Part shown: in pieces, positions 1 through 9,749 of the stretch
Position numbering within the stretch: position 1 is the first letter of the stretch
Layout of the letters: each line of letters begins with the position of its first letter
From: Limisphaerales bacterium
GTDB lineage: Bacteria > Verrucomicrobiota > Verrucomicrobiia > Limisphaerales > AAA164-E04
Assembly: GCA_965227305.1 (NCBI GenBank)
Contig: OZ245740.1
Location: 1,747,371 to 1,811,370, forward strand
Direction of reading: 5' to 3'
Length of the DNA stretch: 64,000 nucleotides
Program-made: the position numbers and the translations under genes
Notes under the pieces: generated by a model
Told to the model about the DNA's origin: nothing
What the model saw: the letters and a program-made list of their open reading frames with translations, nothing else
The model's database searches: none

Positions 1-52
1 TTTTTGGGGGAGGGCTGGGCTGCAAGAGTTGGGGATCCCGGGAGAGAAAAAT

Positions 53-87
53 GGTGGGGCGAGCGTACTCGCGAGCCGCTGGGCAAG
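53..87 (+). repeat. REP-like intergenic repeat unit, forward copy
   Basis: ggtggggcgagcgtactcgcgagccgctgggcaag. It is near-identical to the units at 35736-35769 and (reverse complement) 17775-17808. It forms an inverted pair with 135-162. Confidence 0.8.
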
Positions 88-134
88 AACGGGGTCCTTA
101 CTCACCGTAGGCTCAGAGGGACGCTCTGGGTAGG

Positions 135-162
135 AACGGCTCGCGGGTACGCTCGCCCTACC
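135..162 (-). repeat. REP-like intergenic repeat unit, reverse copy
   Basis: aacggctcgcgggtacgctcgccctacc is identical over 28 nt to 13026-13053. Confidence 0.8.
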
Positions 163-270
163 GTCCGGAAGTGGAGCCTGTGGGAAAGTGCTTGGCTAGC
201 GTCGAGGGGGGCGACAAGATGACGGGGTTCCCCGTCAGGTCTCGAAACCAGTGGCGTGGGTTGAAGAGTT

Positions 271-1968
271 ATGCGAAATCGGTTGTCGATGAGACTGCAG
301 AGATGGGCGGGCGCCGTGGTTTTGGCGTTGGTGTTGAACGGAAACCCTGTGGCTGTGTCGGCCGCCGAGCTCCCGGGTGATGAACACTTCCAAGTCACCA
401 CGTTGGCTACGGGTTTTATCGACGCGATGGAGATGGCGGTAGCGCCGGATGGACGGGTCTTTGTGATCGAGCGAACCGGAGGCGTTCATCTATTTGAACC
501 CAAAACAGAGCAGACCCGAAAGGTTGCGCAGCTCGAAGTGGCGATTCGTCACGACGAAGGGAATGCCCGTGAGGCGGGATTGCTCGGAATCACTCTGGAT
601 CCGAGATTTGACAACAACCACTGGCTCTATTTGTTTTATTCCGTTCCCGGTCCGCGATCGGTCCAAAGGCTGTCCCGATTCACGTTCGCGGGATCTGCTT
701 TGGAGAACGAAAAGATCATGCTGGAGTTCCGTCATGATCGGGAAAATCACGTCTGTCATGAGGGTGGTTCGCTGACCTTTGGGCCGGATGGGAATCTGTT
801 TCTTTCGACCGGCGACAATACCTGCCCGTTTGAATCGGATGGCTATGCTCCGATTGACGAACGCTCCGGACGGCACTTCTATGATGCGCAACGGAGCGCC
901 GCCAATTCGAATGATCTGCGGGGGAAGGTGCTTCGGATTCGGCCCACGCCGGATGGTGGTTACGAGATTCCGACGGGCAATCTGTTTCCGCGGGGCATGC
1001 CGGATACCCGACCTGAAATTTATGCCATGGGGTGTCGGAACCCATTTCGGATTTCGGTGGATTCGCGGAATGGCTTCCTCTATTGGGGGGAAGTGGGGCC
1101 GGATGCCGGCGAAGATTCGGATCGAGGCCACAAAGGCTATGACGAACTGAACCAAGCCAAGCGACCGGGTTATTTCGGATGGCCGTATTTCCTGGCGGAT
1201 AACAAGGCGTATGCCGACTACGATTTTACGAACGGTGAGGTAGGGGCTCGATTCGACGCCCTGACCCCGATCAATCTCTCGCCCAACAACCACGGTTTGA
1301 AGCAGCTGCCTGCGGCGACCGAACCGCTTTGGTATTATCCCCGAGCCTCTGCTTGTGCTGGACCGGTGTATTATTATGACGATTACCCGAGTAGTGCCCA
1401 CAAACTGCCGCGGGCCTTGGATGGTTGTTTGATCGTTTACGATTGGACGAGTGCCTGGGTGCGTTTGCTGAAATTGGACCCGAGCGGGAATGTCGTCTTC
1501 AACGAACCTTGGTTGGCTCGGCACTTATTTGTTCATCCGGTTGATATGGAAATGGGACGGGATGGAGTGGTCTACCTGTTAGAGTATGGGACGCCGTGGT
1601 ACGACGGATCCGATGGCAAACTGAAACGGATCTCTTACACCGACGAGCCCATTTCCTTTGATGTCGCGGTGAGCGATCCGCGGATGAAGGGCCTCGATGC
1701 GAATCATCCCGGGACGAAAGCGATCTCTAAGAGTACGTGCTTGGCATGTCACACCACCGAAATCAAATCGATCGGACCTTCCTATGAATCCGTCGCCGAG
1801 AAATATGCGGAGGATCCAGAGGCGCTGGAACGCTTAGCTCAGAAGATCCTCAAAGGAGGCGCCGGTGTCTGGGGCGTTGTCCCGATGGCGCCACACCCGC
1901 AGCATTCCATTGAAGAGGCGCGTTCGATGGTGGAATCGATTTTATCCTTGGATCTCGAAGATCAATAA
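271..1968 (+). CDS. Secreted PQQ-dependent sugar (glucose/sorbosone-type) dehydrogenase beta-propeller fused to a C-terminal c-type cytochrome domain
   Basis: 565-aa ORF. Signal-like N-terminus (AVVLALVLNGNPVAVSAAE). Soluble aldose/sorbosone dehydrogenase-like motifs (GLLGITLDP, GGSLTFGPDGNLFLSTGDN, GCRNPFR). C-terminal CLACH (CxxCH haem site) followed by GVWGVVPMAPH. Confidence 0.75.
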   Translation: MRNRLSMRLQRWAGAVVLALVLNGNPVAVSAAELPGDEHFQVTTLATGFIDAMEMAVAPDGRVFVIERTGGVHLFEPKTEQTRKVAQLEVAIRHDEGNAREAGLLGITLDPRFDNNHWLYLFYSVPGPRSVQRLSRFTFAGSALENEKIMLEFRHDRENHVCHEGGSLTFGPDGNLFLSTGDNTCPFESDGYAPIDERSGRHFYDAQRSAANSNDLRGKVLRIRPTPDGGYEIPTGNLFPRGMPDTRPEIYAMGCRNPFRISVDSRNGFLYWGEVGPDAGEDSDRGHKGYDELNQAKRPGYFGWPYFLADNKAYADYDFTNGEVGARFDALTPINLSPNNHGLKQLPAATEPLWYYPRASACAGPVYYYDDYPSSAHKLPRALDGCLIVYDWTSAWVRLLKLDPSGNVVFNEPWLARHLFVHPVDMEMGRDGVVYLLEYGTPWYDGSDGKLKRISYTDEPISFDVAVSDPRMKGLDANHPGTKAISKSTCLACHTTEIKSIGPSYESVAEKYAEDPEALERLAQKILKGGAGVWGVVPMAPHPQHSIEEARSMVESILSLDLEDQ

Positions 1969-2868
1969 ATGCCCATGAAGCCGATAGAGGTTTCGACCAT
2001 ACGCGGTGCGGCGATGCCGTGCGGAATCCAACTTCCTGGCTGGTTGCTAGGATTTGTTTTGTTGGGAATTGGCTCGCTTTCGGTGTCTGCAGCCGAACGT
2101 CCGACTCCCGACCGGAGTCTGGTTTATAAGACCGTGGGCGATGTCGAACTTAGCCTGCACGTGTTTGAACCCGAAAAGAAGTCGGACCAACCGCGAGCCG
2201 CGATCGTGTTCTTTTTCGGGGGCGGATGGGTTGGGGGAAATCCGAACCAGTTTTACTGGCATTGTCGGCATCTCGCCGAACGCGGAGTTGTGGCCATGTC
2301 TGCCGAGTATCGGGTACGAAGCCGACACGAAACCACGCCGTTTGATTGTGTGCGCGATGGGAAATCTGCCGTGCGTTGGATTCGAGCGCACGCGGGTGAG
2401 TTGGGAGTCGATCCAAACCGAATTGCTGCGGGCGGTGGATCCGCCGGAGGGCATGTGGCGGCGGCGACCGCGACGGTGCCCGGGCTTGATGACGATCCGG
2501 ATTCCAGTGTGTCTTGCCGGCCAAATGCCCTCGTCCTGTTCAATCCTGTTTACGACAACGGTCCCAATGGCTACGGGTACGACCGAGTTGCGGATCGGTA
2601 TCGGGAGATCTCCCCGCTGCACAACATCAAGCCGGGCATGGTGCCGGCTATCGTGTTTCTAGGGACTCAGGACAAACTCATCCCCGTTGCGACCGGGGAA
2701 GCGTTTCGCGATGCCATGCGACGGGTCGGTTCGCGGAGCGAGTTGGTACTCTTCGAGGGAATGGCGCACGGTTTCTTCAATCAAGGCCGTCACGAAAATG
2801 TGCCGTACGAGCAGACGCTCGTACGGATGGATCGCTTTCTGGATTCGTTGGGCTATTTTGCCCCTTGA
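1969..2868 (+). CDS. Alpha/beta hydrolase (esterase/lipase-like), secreted
   Basis: 299-aa ORF. FFFGGGW oxyanion-hole region, GGSAGG nucleophile elbow (G-x-S-x-G), C-terminal MAHGF His. The ATG abuts the upstream stop (TAAATG at 1966-1971), suggesting co-transcription. Confidence 0.8.
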   Translation: MPMKPIEVSTIRGAAMPCGIQLPGWLLGFVLLGIGSLSVSAAERPTPDRSLVYKTVGDVELSLHVFEPEKKSDQPRAAIVFFFGGGWVGGNPNQFYWHCRHLAERGVVAMSAEYRVRSRHETTPFDCVRDGKSAVRWIRAHAGELGVDPNRIAAGGGSAGGHVAAATATVPGLDDDPDSSVSCRPNALVLFNPVYDNGPNGYGYDRVADRYREISPLHNIKPGMVPAIVFLGTQDKLIPVATGEAFRDAMRRVGSRSELVLFEGMAHGFFNQGRHENVPYEQTLVRMDRFLDSLGYFAP

Positions 2869-2888
2869 AGCGGAACCGTGCGGGACGC

Positions 2889-3761
2889 CTAGCTAACGAA
2901 TTCCAATTCTTGCCGGTGCGGGATGAGGCCGGCTTCGTGGGCTTGGCCGAGGAAGCGGCGGATGGTATCGCGGCCTTTGTCGCCGTAATCCAGTGTCCAG
3001 TGATTGACATACATCCCAACGAATTGATCGGCGAGCTCGGTGCCCATATCGCGCGCGAAATTGAGGGCGTATTCTACCGCCTCGGGCCGGTGGTCCAGGC
3101 TGTATTGGATGCTCTTGGTGAGCAGGTCGGAAATCAGGGAGCGTTCTTCCTCGGGGAAGCGTTTGTGGATGACATTGGCTCCGAGCGGTAGCGGAAGGCC
3201 GTCGTTTTCGCGGCCCCACCAAACACCGAGATCTTCGCAGAGCACTAGACCTTCATTCTTATAAGTGAGTTGCCCTTCGTGGATGATCAAGCCGACGTCG
3301 GCTTTGCCCGCTTTGACCGTTTGGAAAATCTGGTCGAAGGGAACCACGATGTAATTGAAGGTGTCGGCGGACTGTCCGAGCCAGAGCTGGAGGGCGAGGA
3401 AGGCACTCGTCATGGTGCCGGGCACCGCGATGGTTTTGGTGCGAATGTCGTCTTTGGTAAAGGCTTCTTGGGCTACGAGCATCGGTCCATAACCATCGCC
3501 CATACTCGCACCGCTGGGGAGGAGTGCGTATTTGTCGCTAACGTATGCATAGGCGTGGACGCTGATCGCCGTGATATCCAATTCGCCGCGGGTTGCCCGT
3601 TCGTTGAGCGTCTGGATGTCCTGCAAAATGTGTTCGAACTGGTAGCCGTGGGTGGGGATGAGGTCCTTCGCCAAGGCGTAGAACATGAAGGCATCGTCCG
3701 GATCCGGGGAATGTCCGAGAGTGAGGTCTGGTTTCGTCATTGTGAGGTCAGTCCGTCGCAA
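2889..3761 (-). CDS. MqnA/MqnD-family (futalosine-route menaquinone biosynthesis, periplasmic-binding-protein-like fold) protein
   Basis: 290-aa ORF with N-terminal LGHSPDPDDAFMFYAL motif typical of the COG2107/VitK2-biosynthesis family. I cannot separate MqnA from MqnD by eye. An alternative start is at 3740. Confidence 0.6.
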   Translation of the reverse strand: MRRTDLTMTKPDLTLGHSPDPDDAFMFYALAKDLIPTHGYQFEHILQDIQTLNERATRGELDITAISVHAYAYVSDKYALLPSGASMGDGYGPMLVAQEAFTKDDIRTKTIAVPGTMTSAFLALQLWLGQSADTFNYIVVPFDQIFQTVKAGKADVGLIIHEGQLTYKNEGLVLCEDLGVWWGRENDGLPLPLGANVIHKRFPEEERSLISDLLTKSIQYSLDHRPEAVEYALNFARDMGTELADQFVGMYVNHWTLDYGDKGRDTIRRFLGQAHEAGLIPHRQELEFVS

Positions 3762-3934
3762 GGATCTGCTGTTCGAGCGTGCGTCCGCAGTGACGCGTCG
3801 CTGATGTCAGCATGAAGCATGTCTCCGAGCGGGTCAACTGCTCGACGCTTTTGGAACTACGAATCCGAGTTCGGTTTTGGGACTGGAACTCGCGCGTCGG
3901 GGCTCATTTGAGGGCAGATCCGTGGGATTCTAGC

Positions 3935-4705
3935 CTATGGTGCTCGGTAGTAGGGGTCGAAATACTCCCATTCGAAGCGGCCCCGTTGGGCGCGGTGCAC
4001 TTTCTCATCCTTCCAAGATTCAATGTGCCCATCGATGAATCCCATGTTGATGCGGCCATTGTGCGTGACGAATTCACCTCGAGCCGCCGTTCCTCCGGGA
4101 GTGAAGCTGGCGTTTCGCATGGTTGCCGAATCCTCATTCACGAGGAGCACTTTCTGGCTCGGACTCGCGACGGCACTGGCTTTGACCCCCTTGGGCCCGG
4201 TGTTTTGCCGATTCGCCAAGGCAACGTTCCGGTCGATATGGGAGCTCATGCTGAAGTTAACGCGTTGGGCCTTGCCGATCCGGCCAGTGCTGGGACAGCG
4301 ATAGACTTTGTATTCGTTCGTATGCCGTGGGTTCAGTCGCACGCGCTCACCGCCCGTCACGTATGTGAATACCGATCCTGCCTCGGGGTGGAATCCATAG
4401 GTCAGCGATCGCCATGCCCGGGGACTGTTGGGTTGGGTGTCGGATTGTCCGCCCCAGACCCAGTCCGGTTGCAGATTGCGGTCGACGCCGCCACTCCAGG
4501 GGAGGTAATCGTTGTTGTCATCCAAATACATCAACATGCCCAGGGTGATCTGGCGCATGTTACTTTTGCACGCGGTCGAGCGGGCGCCTTCCTTGGCTTT
4601 CCCGAGTGCCGGTAGGAGCATGCCGGCCAGGATGGCGATGATGGCAATCACGACCAAGAGTTCGATGAGGGTAAAGGCGGCTCGGCGGCGGAAGAGTGGA
4701 TTCAT
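3935..4705 (-). CDS. DUF1559 (H-X9-DG) protein with prepilin-type N-terminal cleavage/methylation domain
   Basis: The ORF track gives 3935..4789. The internal Met at 4705 gives [34 protein letters not shown], the canonical type IV pilin-like leader and hydrophobic helix. The C-terminus has [13 protein letters not shown], matching the H-X9-DG signature. Confidence 0.85.
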   Translation of the reverse strand: MNPLFRRRAAFTLIELLVVIAIIAILAGMLLPALGKAKEGARSTACKSNMRQITLGMLMYLDDNNDYLPWSGGVDRNLQPDWVWGGQSDTQPNSPRAWRSLTYGFHPEAGSVFTYVTGGERVRLNPRHTNEYKVYRCPSTGRIGKAQRVNFSMSSHIDRNVALANRQNTGPKGVKASAVASPSQKVLLVNEDSATMRNASFTPGGTAARGEFVTHNGRINMGFIDGHIESWKDEKVHRAQRGRFEWEYFDPYYRAP

Positions 4706-4836
4706 AGGAATTGGTGTGGCGGTGGAATCGTTAATCCCGCCAATTTGGTGGAGAATTCGGGCAATGTCGATTCCTTTCGAGGGCGGCATCCGGTAGAAAA
4801 AGCTCTGAAAAAAACGTCCCTGGGGTCGCTCCCAAA

Positions 4837-4970
4837 GGTGGGGCGAGCGTGCCAGACCGGGTAAAAAATCCCGTTGGCAACTCCATCGCGGTGGTCAAAG
4901 CGACAGCTCTCTTACCTGCAGGTGGAAAAGGACTTTATACACGGTCTGATACCCGCGAGCCCTCGGCACG
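4837..4970. mobile_element. REP unit split by a 98-bp deletion derivative of the MITE (MITE body 4852-4949)
   Basis: ggtggggcgagcgt | g | CCAGACCGGGTAAAAAATCC...GGACTTTATACACGGTCTGA | ta | cccgcgagccctcggcacg. The two flanks reconstitute the REP unit around its central TA. The body matches the ends of the 177-bp copies but lacks the internal hairpin (~79 nt). Confidence 0.7.
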
Positions 4971-5126
4971 ATGGTGATCGTTAATCCGGAAAGGTCCGTG
5001 GCGTACAACGATAGGACCTCCAGCCTCGTTTCATGATTCCTACGCGTGTAGGTGAAGCGCTCGTTGAATTCTCTCTCAGCGGCCGCGGTGGCCAAGGCGA
5101 GAGCAAGCTCTCGCACTCCATGTTTT

Positions 5127-6950
5127 TCATTCCGCTTGTTGCTTGATCCAGTGGTCGATTTTGTTTTCTAGGATGGTCAAGGGCAGGCAACCGGATTCCA
5201 GGACTTTGGCGTGGAAGACTCGAATATCAAACCGATCTCCGAGGGTTTGTTCAGCACGATTTCGGAGTTCGCGGATCTTGAGTTGGCCGATCTTGTAGGA
5301 CAAGGCTTGGCCCGGCCAGGCCATGTAGCGTTCGATTTCTGAGATGATACTGGCTTCCGGTTCGGCTTCGTGGTCCAGGGAGTACTGGATGGCATCCTCG
5401 CGGGTCCACCCCTTCGCGTGGATCCCGACGTCCACGACCAAGCGAATGGCTCGGTGCATTTCGGCGCTCAACATGCCGAAGTATTGGTAGGGGTCTTCGT
5501 AGAGGCCAAGTTCCTTGCCGAGGGACTCGCAGTAGAGGGCCCAGCCTTCGCCATAGGAGCTGTACCAGTGCGGTCGGCGGAATTGCGGGAGTGTTGCGTT
5601 CTCTTGTTGGAGTGAGATCTGATAGTGATGGCCGGGAATGGCTTCGTGGAGGAATAGGTCTTCGTCGGAGAGCGTGTTGTATTGCATGACGTCGGGAATG
5701 GGCACGTAGAAAATGCCGGGGCGGGTGCCGTCGAGCGAGCCGGGATGGTATTCCGCGCTGGCGGAGGCTTCCCGAAAGGCTTCGGTTCGGCGCACTTCAA
5801 ACGCAGTCTTGGGTGTCAGACTGAAGAGACGTTCCACGGCCGGGAGCATACGCTGGTGAATGGCGTTGAAGTTGTCGATCACTTGCTGGGGTTGGGTGAA
5901 GGGGCGGAGTTTGGGAAGGCTGCGGAGATGAGAGAAGAATTCCTTGAGCGTCCCTTGAAAGCCGAGTGATCGTTTCACGGTTTCCATCTCACTCGACAGG
6001 CGAGCGACCTCGCTTTTCCCGAGTTGAAAGATCTCGTCGGGGCTCATGGTGGTGGTGGTGTAGATTCGAATCTGGTGCTGGTAATACGCGGCGCCGTTGG
6101 GGATCGCGCTGATGCCGGAGCTTTCGCGGCAACGGGGGAGGTACTCCGTGCGTAGGAACGTTTCGAGGGCTCCGAAAGCCGGGATCAATCGTTGCGCGAG
6201 CAAGGATTCAAAGCCTAGAGCGATTTCGCGTCGTTCGGTGGGAGAAAACTCTTCGGGAAAGTTTAGCACGGGCTGATAGAAGAGATGCTCACGGATCGGG
6301 CGTTTGGCGAGACCGGCGATCTGAGGAATCACTTTCACCGTCAGTGGCCGCGGTAGGGTGTAGCCGCGGCTGATTCCTTCCCGTAGTTCACGGACCGCGT
6401 CCCGGCACCACGTCGTGAAGACTTCCAAGCGCTGGAGCCAATTGTGGTAGTCTGTGAGCGTCTTAAACGGGTGCGCGCCGCTACCGGCGGCCATCTGCCC
6501 GATGGTGAGGTGGAGGGATTCGAACTGATTGATCGGGAGCCAGTGGGTCGGGAATTCGAGTTGCCGCAGCGTCGTATCACATTCCCAGAGAATTAGCTCT
6601 TGGCTGAGACGTTCCTCGGCATTGAGATTGTCCGTGGCAAACTCACTCACGCGATTTCCGTAGTATCGACAGAAGGCCTTGAGATCGGATCGGTGTTGCG
6701 GGTCGAGCGGGTTCGTCAGTTGGTCATCGTAGCGGTGGTCACCCGTGAAGGTTGCCTGAAGGGGGTGGAGGCGTAGGTAGTCTTCCCAGTAAGCATCTAG
6801 CACGTTAGCCAGCGACGCCGATGCCGGTTGGGTGGGGACGAAAGCCGCCTGAAGGGAGAGTTGGATGAGCGTCGCGCCGAGCGCAGCCGGAAACCACCAG
6901 TGTCTCATGGGGCGAGTCTTGCAGCCGCAAAGGGGAAAAGCAATCCCCAC
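5127..6950 (-). CDS. DUF885 family protein (putative secreted metallopeptidase-like)
   Basis: 607-aa ORF with HEAIPGHHYQ and GWALYCE motifs typical of DUF885. The more likely start is Met at 6908 (MRHWWFPAALGATLIQLSLQA signal). Confidence 0.8.
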   Translation of the reverse strand: MGIAFPLCGCKTRPMRHWWFPAALGATLIQLSLQAAFVPTQPASASLANVLDAYWEDYLRLHPLQATFTGDHRYDDQLTNPLDPQHRSDLKAFCRYYGNRVSEFATDNLNAEERLSQELILWECDTTLRQLEFPTHWLPINQFESLHLTIGQMAAGSGAHPFKTLTDYHNWLQRLEVFTTWCRDAVRELREGISRGYTLPRPLTVKVIPQIAGLAKRPIREHLFYQPVLNFPEEFSPTERREIALGFESLLAQRLIPAFGALETFLRTEYLPRCRESSGISAIPNGAAYYQHQIRIYTTTTMSPDEIFQLGKSEVARLSSEMETVKRSLGFQGTLKEFFSHLRSLPKLRPFTQPQQVIDNFNAIHQRMLPAVERLFSLTPKTAFEVRRTEAFREASASAEYHPGSLDGTRPGIFYVPIPDVMQYNTLSDEDLFLHEAIPGHHYQISLQQENATLPQFRRPHWYSSYGEGWALYCESLGKELGLYEDPYQYFGMLSAEMHRAIRLVVDVGIHAKGWTREDAIQYSLDHEAEPEASIISEIERYMAWPGQALSYKIGQLKIRELRNRAEQTLGDRFDIRVFHAKVLESGCLPLTILENKIDHWIKQQAE

Positions 6951-6978
6951 GGTCGCCAGGCTGCGGGAGCGTGGGGCG

Positions 6979-8160
6979 TTACGTCAACGGATGCAATTTC
7001 TCCTGGCCTTCGACGAACACGGCTTGAGGTTTTCCGGCTGCATCCAGGACTACTAGATCTGCTCGATATCCGGGTGCGATGCGCCCGAGATTCTTGAGTC
7101 CTAACGATTCGGCTTGGTTTAATGCCGTTGTCTGGATGAGATCTGAGAGGGGTAGGCCGGTAAGTTCGCGCACGTTCTGCAGGGCGCGATCCATGGTCAG
7201 TGTGCTCCCTGCGAGCGCGCCTGACGGCAATCGTGCCACGCCATCCTGGACGATTACTTCGAGCCCACCCAACTGGGTGCGTTGGTTGTCTGCGAGACCT
7301 GAGGCCGCCATGGAATCGGTGATTAACATCAGACGTTCCGGACCAATGATCTTGAAGGCAAGTTGGATCATCTCCGGGCAGAGGTGGATGCGGTCGCAGA
7401 TGATTTCAACCCGAACCGCATCGTCGAGCAAGCCAGCCCCGACGAGACCGATTTCGCGATGATGGAGCCGAGTCATCTGGTTGCAGAAATGAGTGAGGTG
7501 GGTGGCGCCAGCCGCGCGGGCGGCCTGAAACTGTTCGTAGGTCGCAGCTGTGTGGGCGAGAGAACTCGTGATTCCGGCCTGGGTTAGTGTTTGCACCAGT
7601 TCCAGCCCGCCGGGCATTTCGACCGCGAGGGATACGATTCGGATGGGCAGGATTTCATTGAGCGCTCGTAACTCGTTCCAATCGGGTGGCCGGACGTAGT
7701 CCGGGTTCTGTGCCCCGGTACAGTCGGGGTTGATAAACGGACCTTCGACATGAATACCCGCTACTTTAGCGCCGGTGGGATTCTTACAGTACGGTTCGCC
7801 CAACCGAAACGCTTGGGTCAGCTCGGCGGGTGGCAGCGTTAGTGTGGTCGGGAGGAACGTCGTGACGCCTTCGCGAATTTTGGCTTCGCCGATCGCTGCG
7901 AGCGATTCCGGATTGAGGTCGCAGAAATCGTGGCCGGCGGCACCATGGGTATGAATGTCGATGAAGCCCGGAACGACGGTGCTGCCCTGCGCGTCCCAAA
8001 CGACGGCAGAGGCGCCTCGTTCGGGAGTGGAGGCGTCAGCAACGGATTGGATCAATCCGTTTTCTAAGACGATCGTGGCTTGTTCCAGCTCCGTGCCGGG
8101 CGAGACCACACGGGCGTTTACGATATGGGTGGGGGCTGTCACAGGGTTGAGAGGAAGCAA
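6979..8160 (-). CDS. nagA: N-acetylglucosamine-6-phosphate deacetylase
   Basis: 393-aa ORF. Amidohydrolase metal motifs: GFIDIHTHGAAG, HVEGPFINP, LAHT..., ITDSMAA. The length and motif order are typical of NagA. Confidence 0.85.
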   Translation of the reverse strand: MLPLNPVTAPTHIVNARVVSPGTELEQATIVLENGLIQSVADASTPERGASAVVWDAQGSTVVPGFIDIHTHGAAGHDFCDLNPESLAAIGEAKIREGVTTFLPTTLTLPPAELTQAFRLGEPYCKNPTGAKVAGIHVEGPFINPDCTGAQNPDYVRPPDWNELRALNEILPIRIVSLAVEMPGGLELVQTLTQAGITSSLAHTAATYEQFQAARAAGATHLTHFCNQMTRLHHREIGLVGAGLLDDAVRVEIICDRIHLCPEMIQLAFKIIGPERLMLITDSMAASGLADNQRTQLGGLEVIVQDGVARLPSGALAGSTLTMDRALQNVRELTGLPLSDLIQTTALNQAESLGLKNLGRIAPGYRADLVVLDAAGKPQAVFVEGQEKLHPLT

Positions 8161-8306
8161 CGGCCCCTTTTCGTCGTCATCGACACGGCTGAGAACTGCG
8201 ATGCGAGAGGGCCGGCAGCGAACTGGAATTGAATTGGCAAAATGTTTTACAATGAGCTAGCACTGTCTTCGCGAAACGAGTAGTACGCTCTTTTGGAGCA
8301 TCGCTG

Positions 8307-9737
8307 ATGGACACCGTGAATGGCAAACAGATTTCGATTGACCCGCTACTAACCCCTCCTTTGGACGGCCAGTTTGAGCCGAGCGTTCTCTGGAACCGCA
8401 GTTTCCGCCAATCCGTGGCCGAGTCTGGAGGCGCGAGACCCCTTGCTTTGGGGGTGATGCACGGGGAACGCGTGCTGGGGCTTTTCGAGACCCAGCTGGG
8501 ACCGGATACCTTGGAGTGGCGGGCCGCCAATGATCACTATGCCGAGCGGTTGGTGAAGTGTCTCCTCTACAGTAAGGGCGGGCATCGGGTCGTGGTCGGA
8601 GGCGATAATGGATTCGCGGAGCGACTCCAAGCACGCTATCAGGCCGGGGGAACCCGCGCCTTTGATGCGGACCTTTTGGGGAAACAGATCTATCGGTCTT
8701 CGTTTGACGTCACTTCGTGTCCCGTCGAGGAGATGCCGAGTGACGTAGGTTCCGGAGATTCCAAGTTGGGTGGGCATCTGGACGGGTGTCGGATTGGGTT
8801 TGATCTCGGTGGGAGTGACCGGAAGGCAGCCGCCGTGATTGACGGGAAGGTCGTCTTCTCGGAGGAGATAACTTGGGATCCCTATTTTCAAGCTGATCCG
8901 CAATATCACTTTGACGGCATCTGCGATTCGCTGAAAAGGGCTGCGGCTCATTTGCCACGGGTGGATGCGGTGGGTGGAAGTGCGGCTGGGGTTTACGTGA
9001 ACAACGAAGTGCGTGCGGCGTCCTTGTTCCGTGGCATTCCCGAAGCCCGATTTGACGGGGCGGTGCGCCGAATCTTCTTTGATGTGATGTCGGCATTGGG
9101 CTGGGAAGACGTTCCTTGGGAGGTGATTAATGACGGGGAAGTCACCGCTTTGGCGGGGGCGATGGCGATTGATGATCACAGTCTCCTCGGTCTCTCCATG
9201 GGAACCAGTTTTGCCGCTGGCTATGTCACGCCCACCGGCAGTCTTTCCAGTGGCTTGAATGAATTGGCGTTCGTGCCGGTAGATCATCGCTTGGACGGAC
9301 CAAAGGACGAGTGGTCTGGCGACGTCGGTTGCGGAGTCCAATTCTTCTCGCAGCAGGGTATTGCCCGGCTCGCCCGGGGCGCGGGGGTGGATTTGCCCGA
9401 AGCGATGCCGCTGCCCGAACGCTTGATCCAGGTTCAGGAGTTAATGGAGCAAGGGGATTCTCGGGCAGAGGCTATTTATCGCACCATTGGTATCAATTTC
9501 GGTTATACCATTGCCCACTTTGCGGAGCTGTATGAACTCCGGCATCTCTTGATCCTGGGGCGGGTGACTTCGGGGGCGGGCGGCGAACGTATCTTGGAAC
9601 AGGCGCGCGCTGTGCTGGATCGGGAATTTGAATCGCTCTCCAGGCAGATCGCCTTCCATATTCCAGACGAAAAACAAAAACGACACGGCCAAGCCATCGC
9701 GGCAGCCAGCTTGGCAGCGCTCAAGGAATCGGCTTAG
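8307..9737 (+). CDS. ROK-like / ASKHA-fold sugar kinase or regulator homologue
   Basis: 476-aa ORF. It has IGFDLGGSDRKAAAV (phosphate-1-like), NDGEVTALAGA and LSMGTSFAAGYV motifs arranged as in ROK/glucokinase families. I saw no CxCGxxGC zinc motif, so the family assignment is tentative. It is divergent from nagA. Confidence 0.5.
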   Translation: MDTVNGKQISIDPLLTPPLDGQFEPSVLWNRSFRQSVAESGGARPLALGVMHGERVLGLFETQLGPDTLEWRAANDHYAERLVKCLLYSKGGHRVVVGGDNGFAERLQARYQAGGTRAFDADLLGKQIYRSSFDVTSCPVEEMPSDVGSGDSKLGGHLDGCRIGFDLGGSDRKAAAVIDGKVVFSEEITWDPYFQADPQYHFDGICDSLKRAAAHLPRVDAVGGSAAGVYVNNEVRAASLFRGIPEARFDGAVRRIFFDVMSALGWEDVPWEVINDGEVTALAGAMAIDDHSLLGLSMGTSFAAGYVTPTGSLSSGLNELAFVPVDHRLDGPKDEWSGDVGCGVQFFSQQGIARLARGAGVDLPEAMPLPERLIQVQELMEQGDSRAEAIYRTIGINFGYTIAHFAELYELRHLLILGRVTSGAGGERILEQARAVLDREFESLSRQIAFHIPDEKQKRHGQAIAAASLAALKESA

Positions 9738-9749
9738 GTCGAACCCAAG

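Noticed and set aside
490-1524. 344-aa minus-strand ORF
   Set aside because: It is an antisense shadow of the PQQ dehydrogenase gene, with low-complexity R/P/G-rich translation.
3812-4615. 267-aa plus-strand ORF
   Set aside because: It is an antisense shadow of the DUF1559 prepilin-like gene, which has unmistakable motifs. The ORF itself has no motif.
8229-8253. Sigma-70-like promoter boxes TTGAAT ... TACAAT in the nagA/ROK divergent spacer
   Set aside because: The spacer between the two hexamers is only 13 nt, against the canonical 16-18 nt. PVC promoter consensus is also uncertain, so I do not report it as a feature.
8349-9341. 330-aa minus-strand ORF
   Set aside because: It is an antisense shadow of the ROK-like gene.
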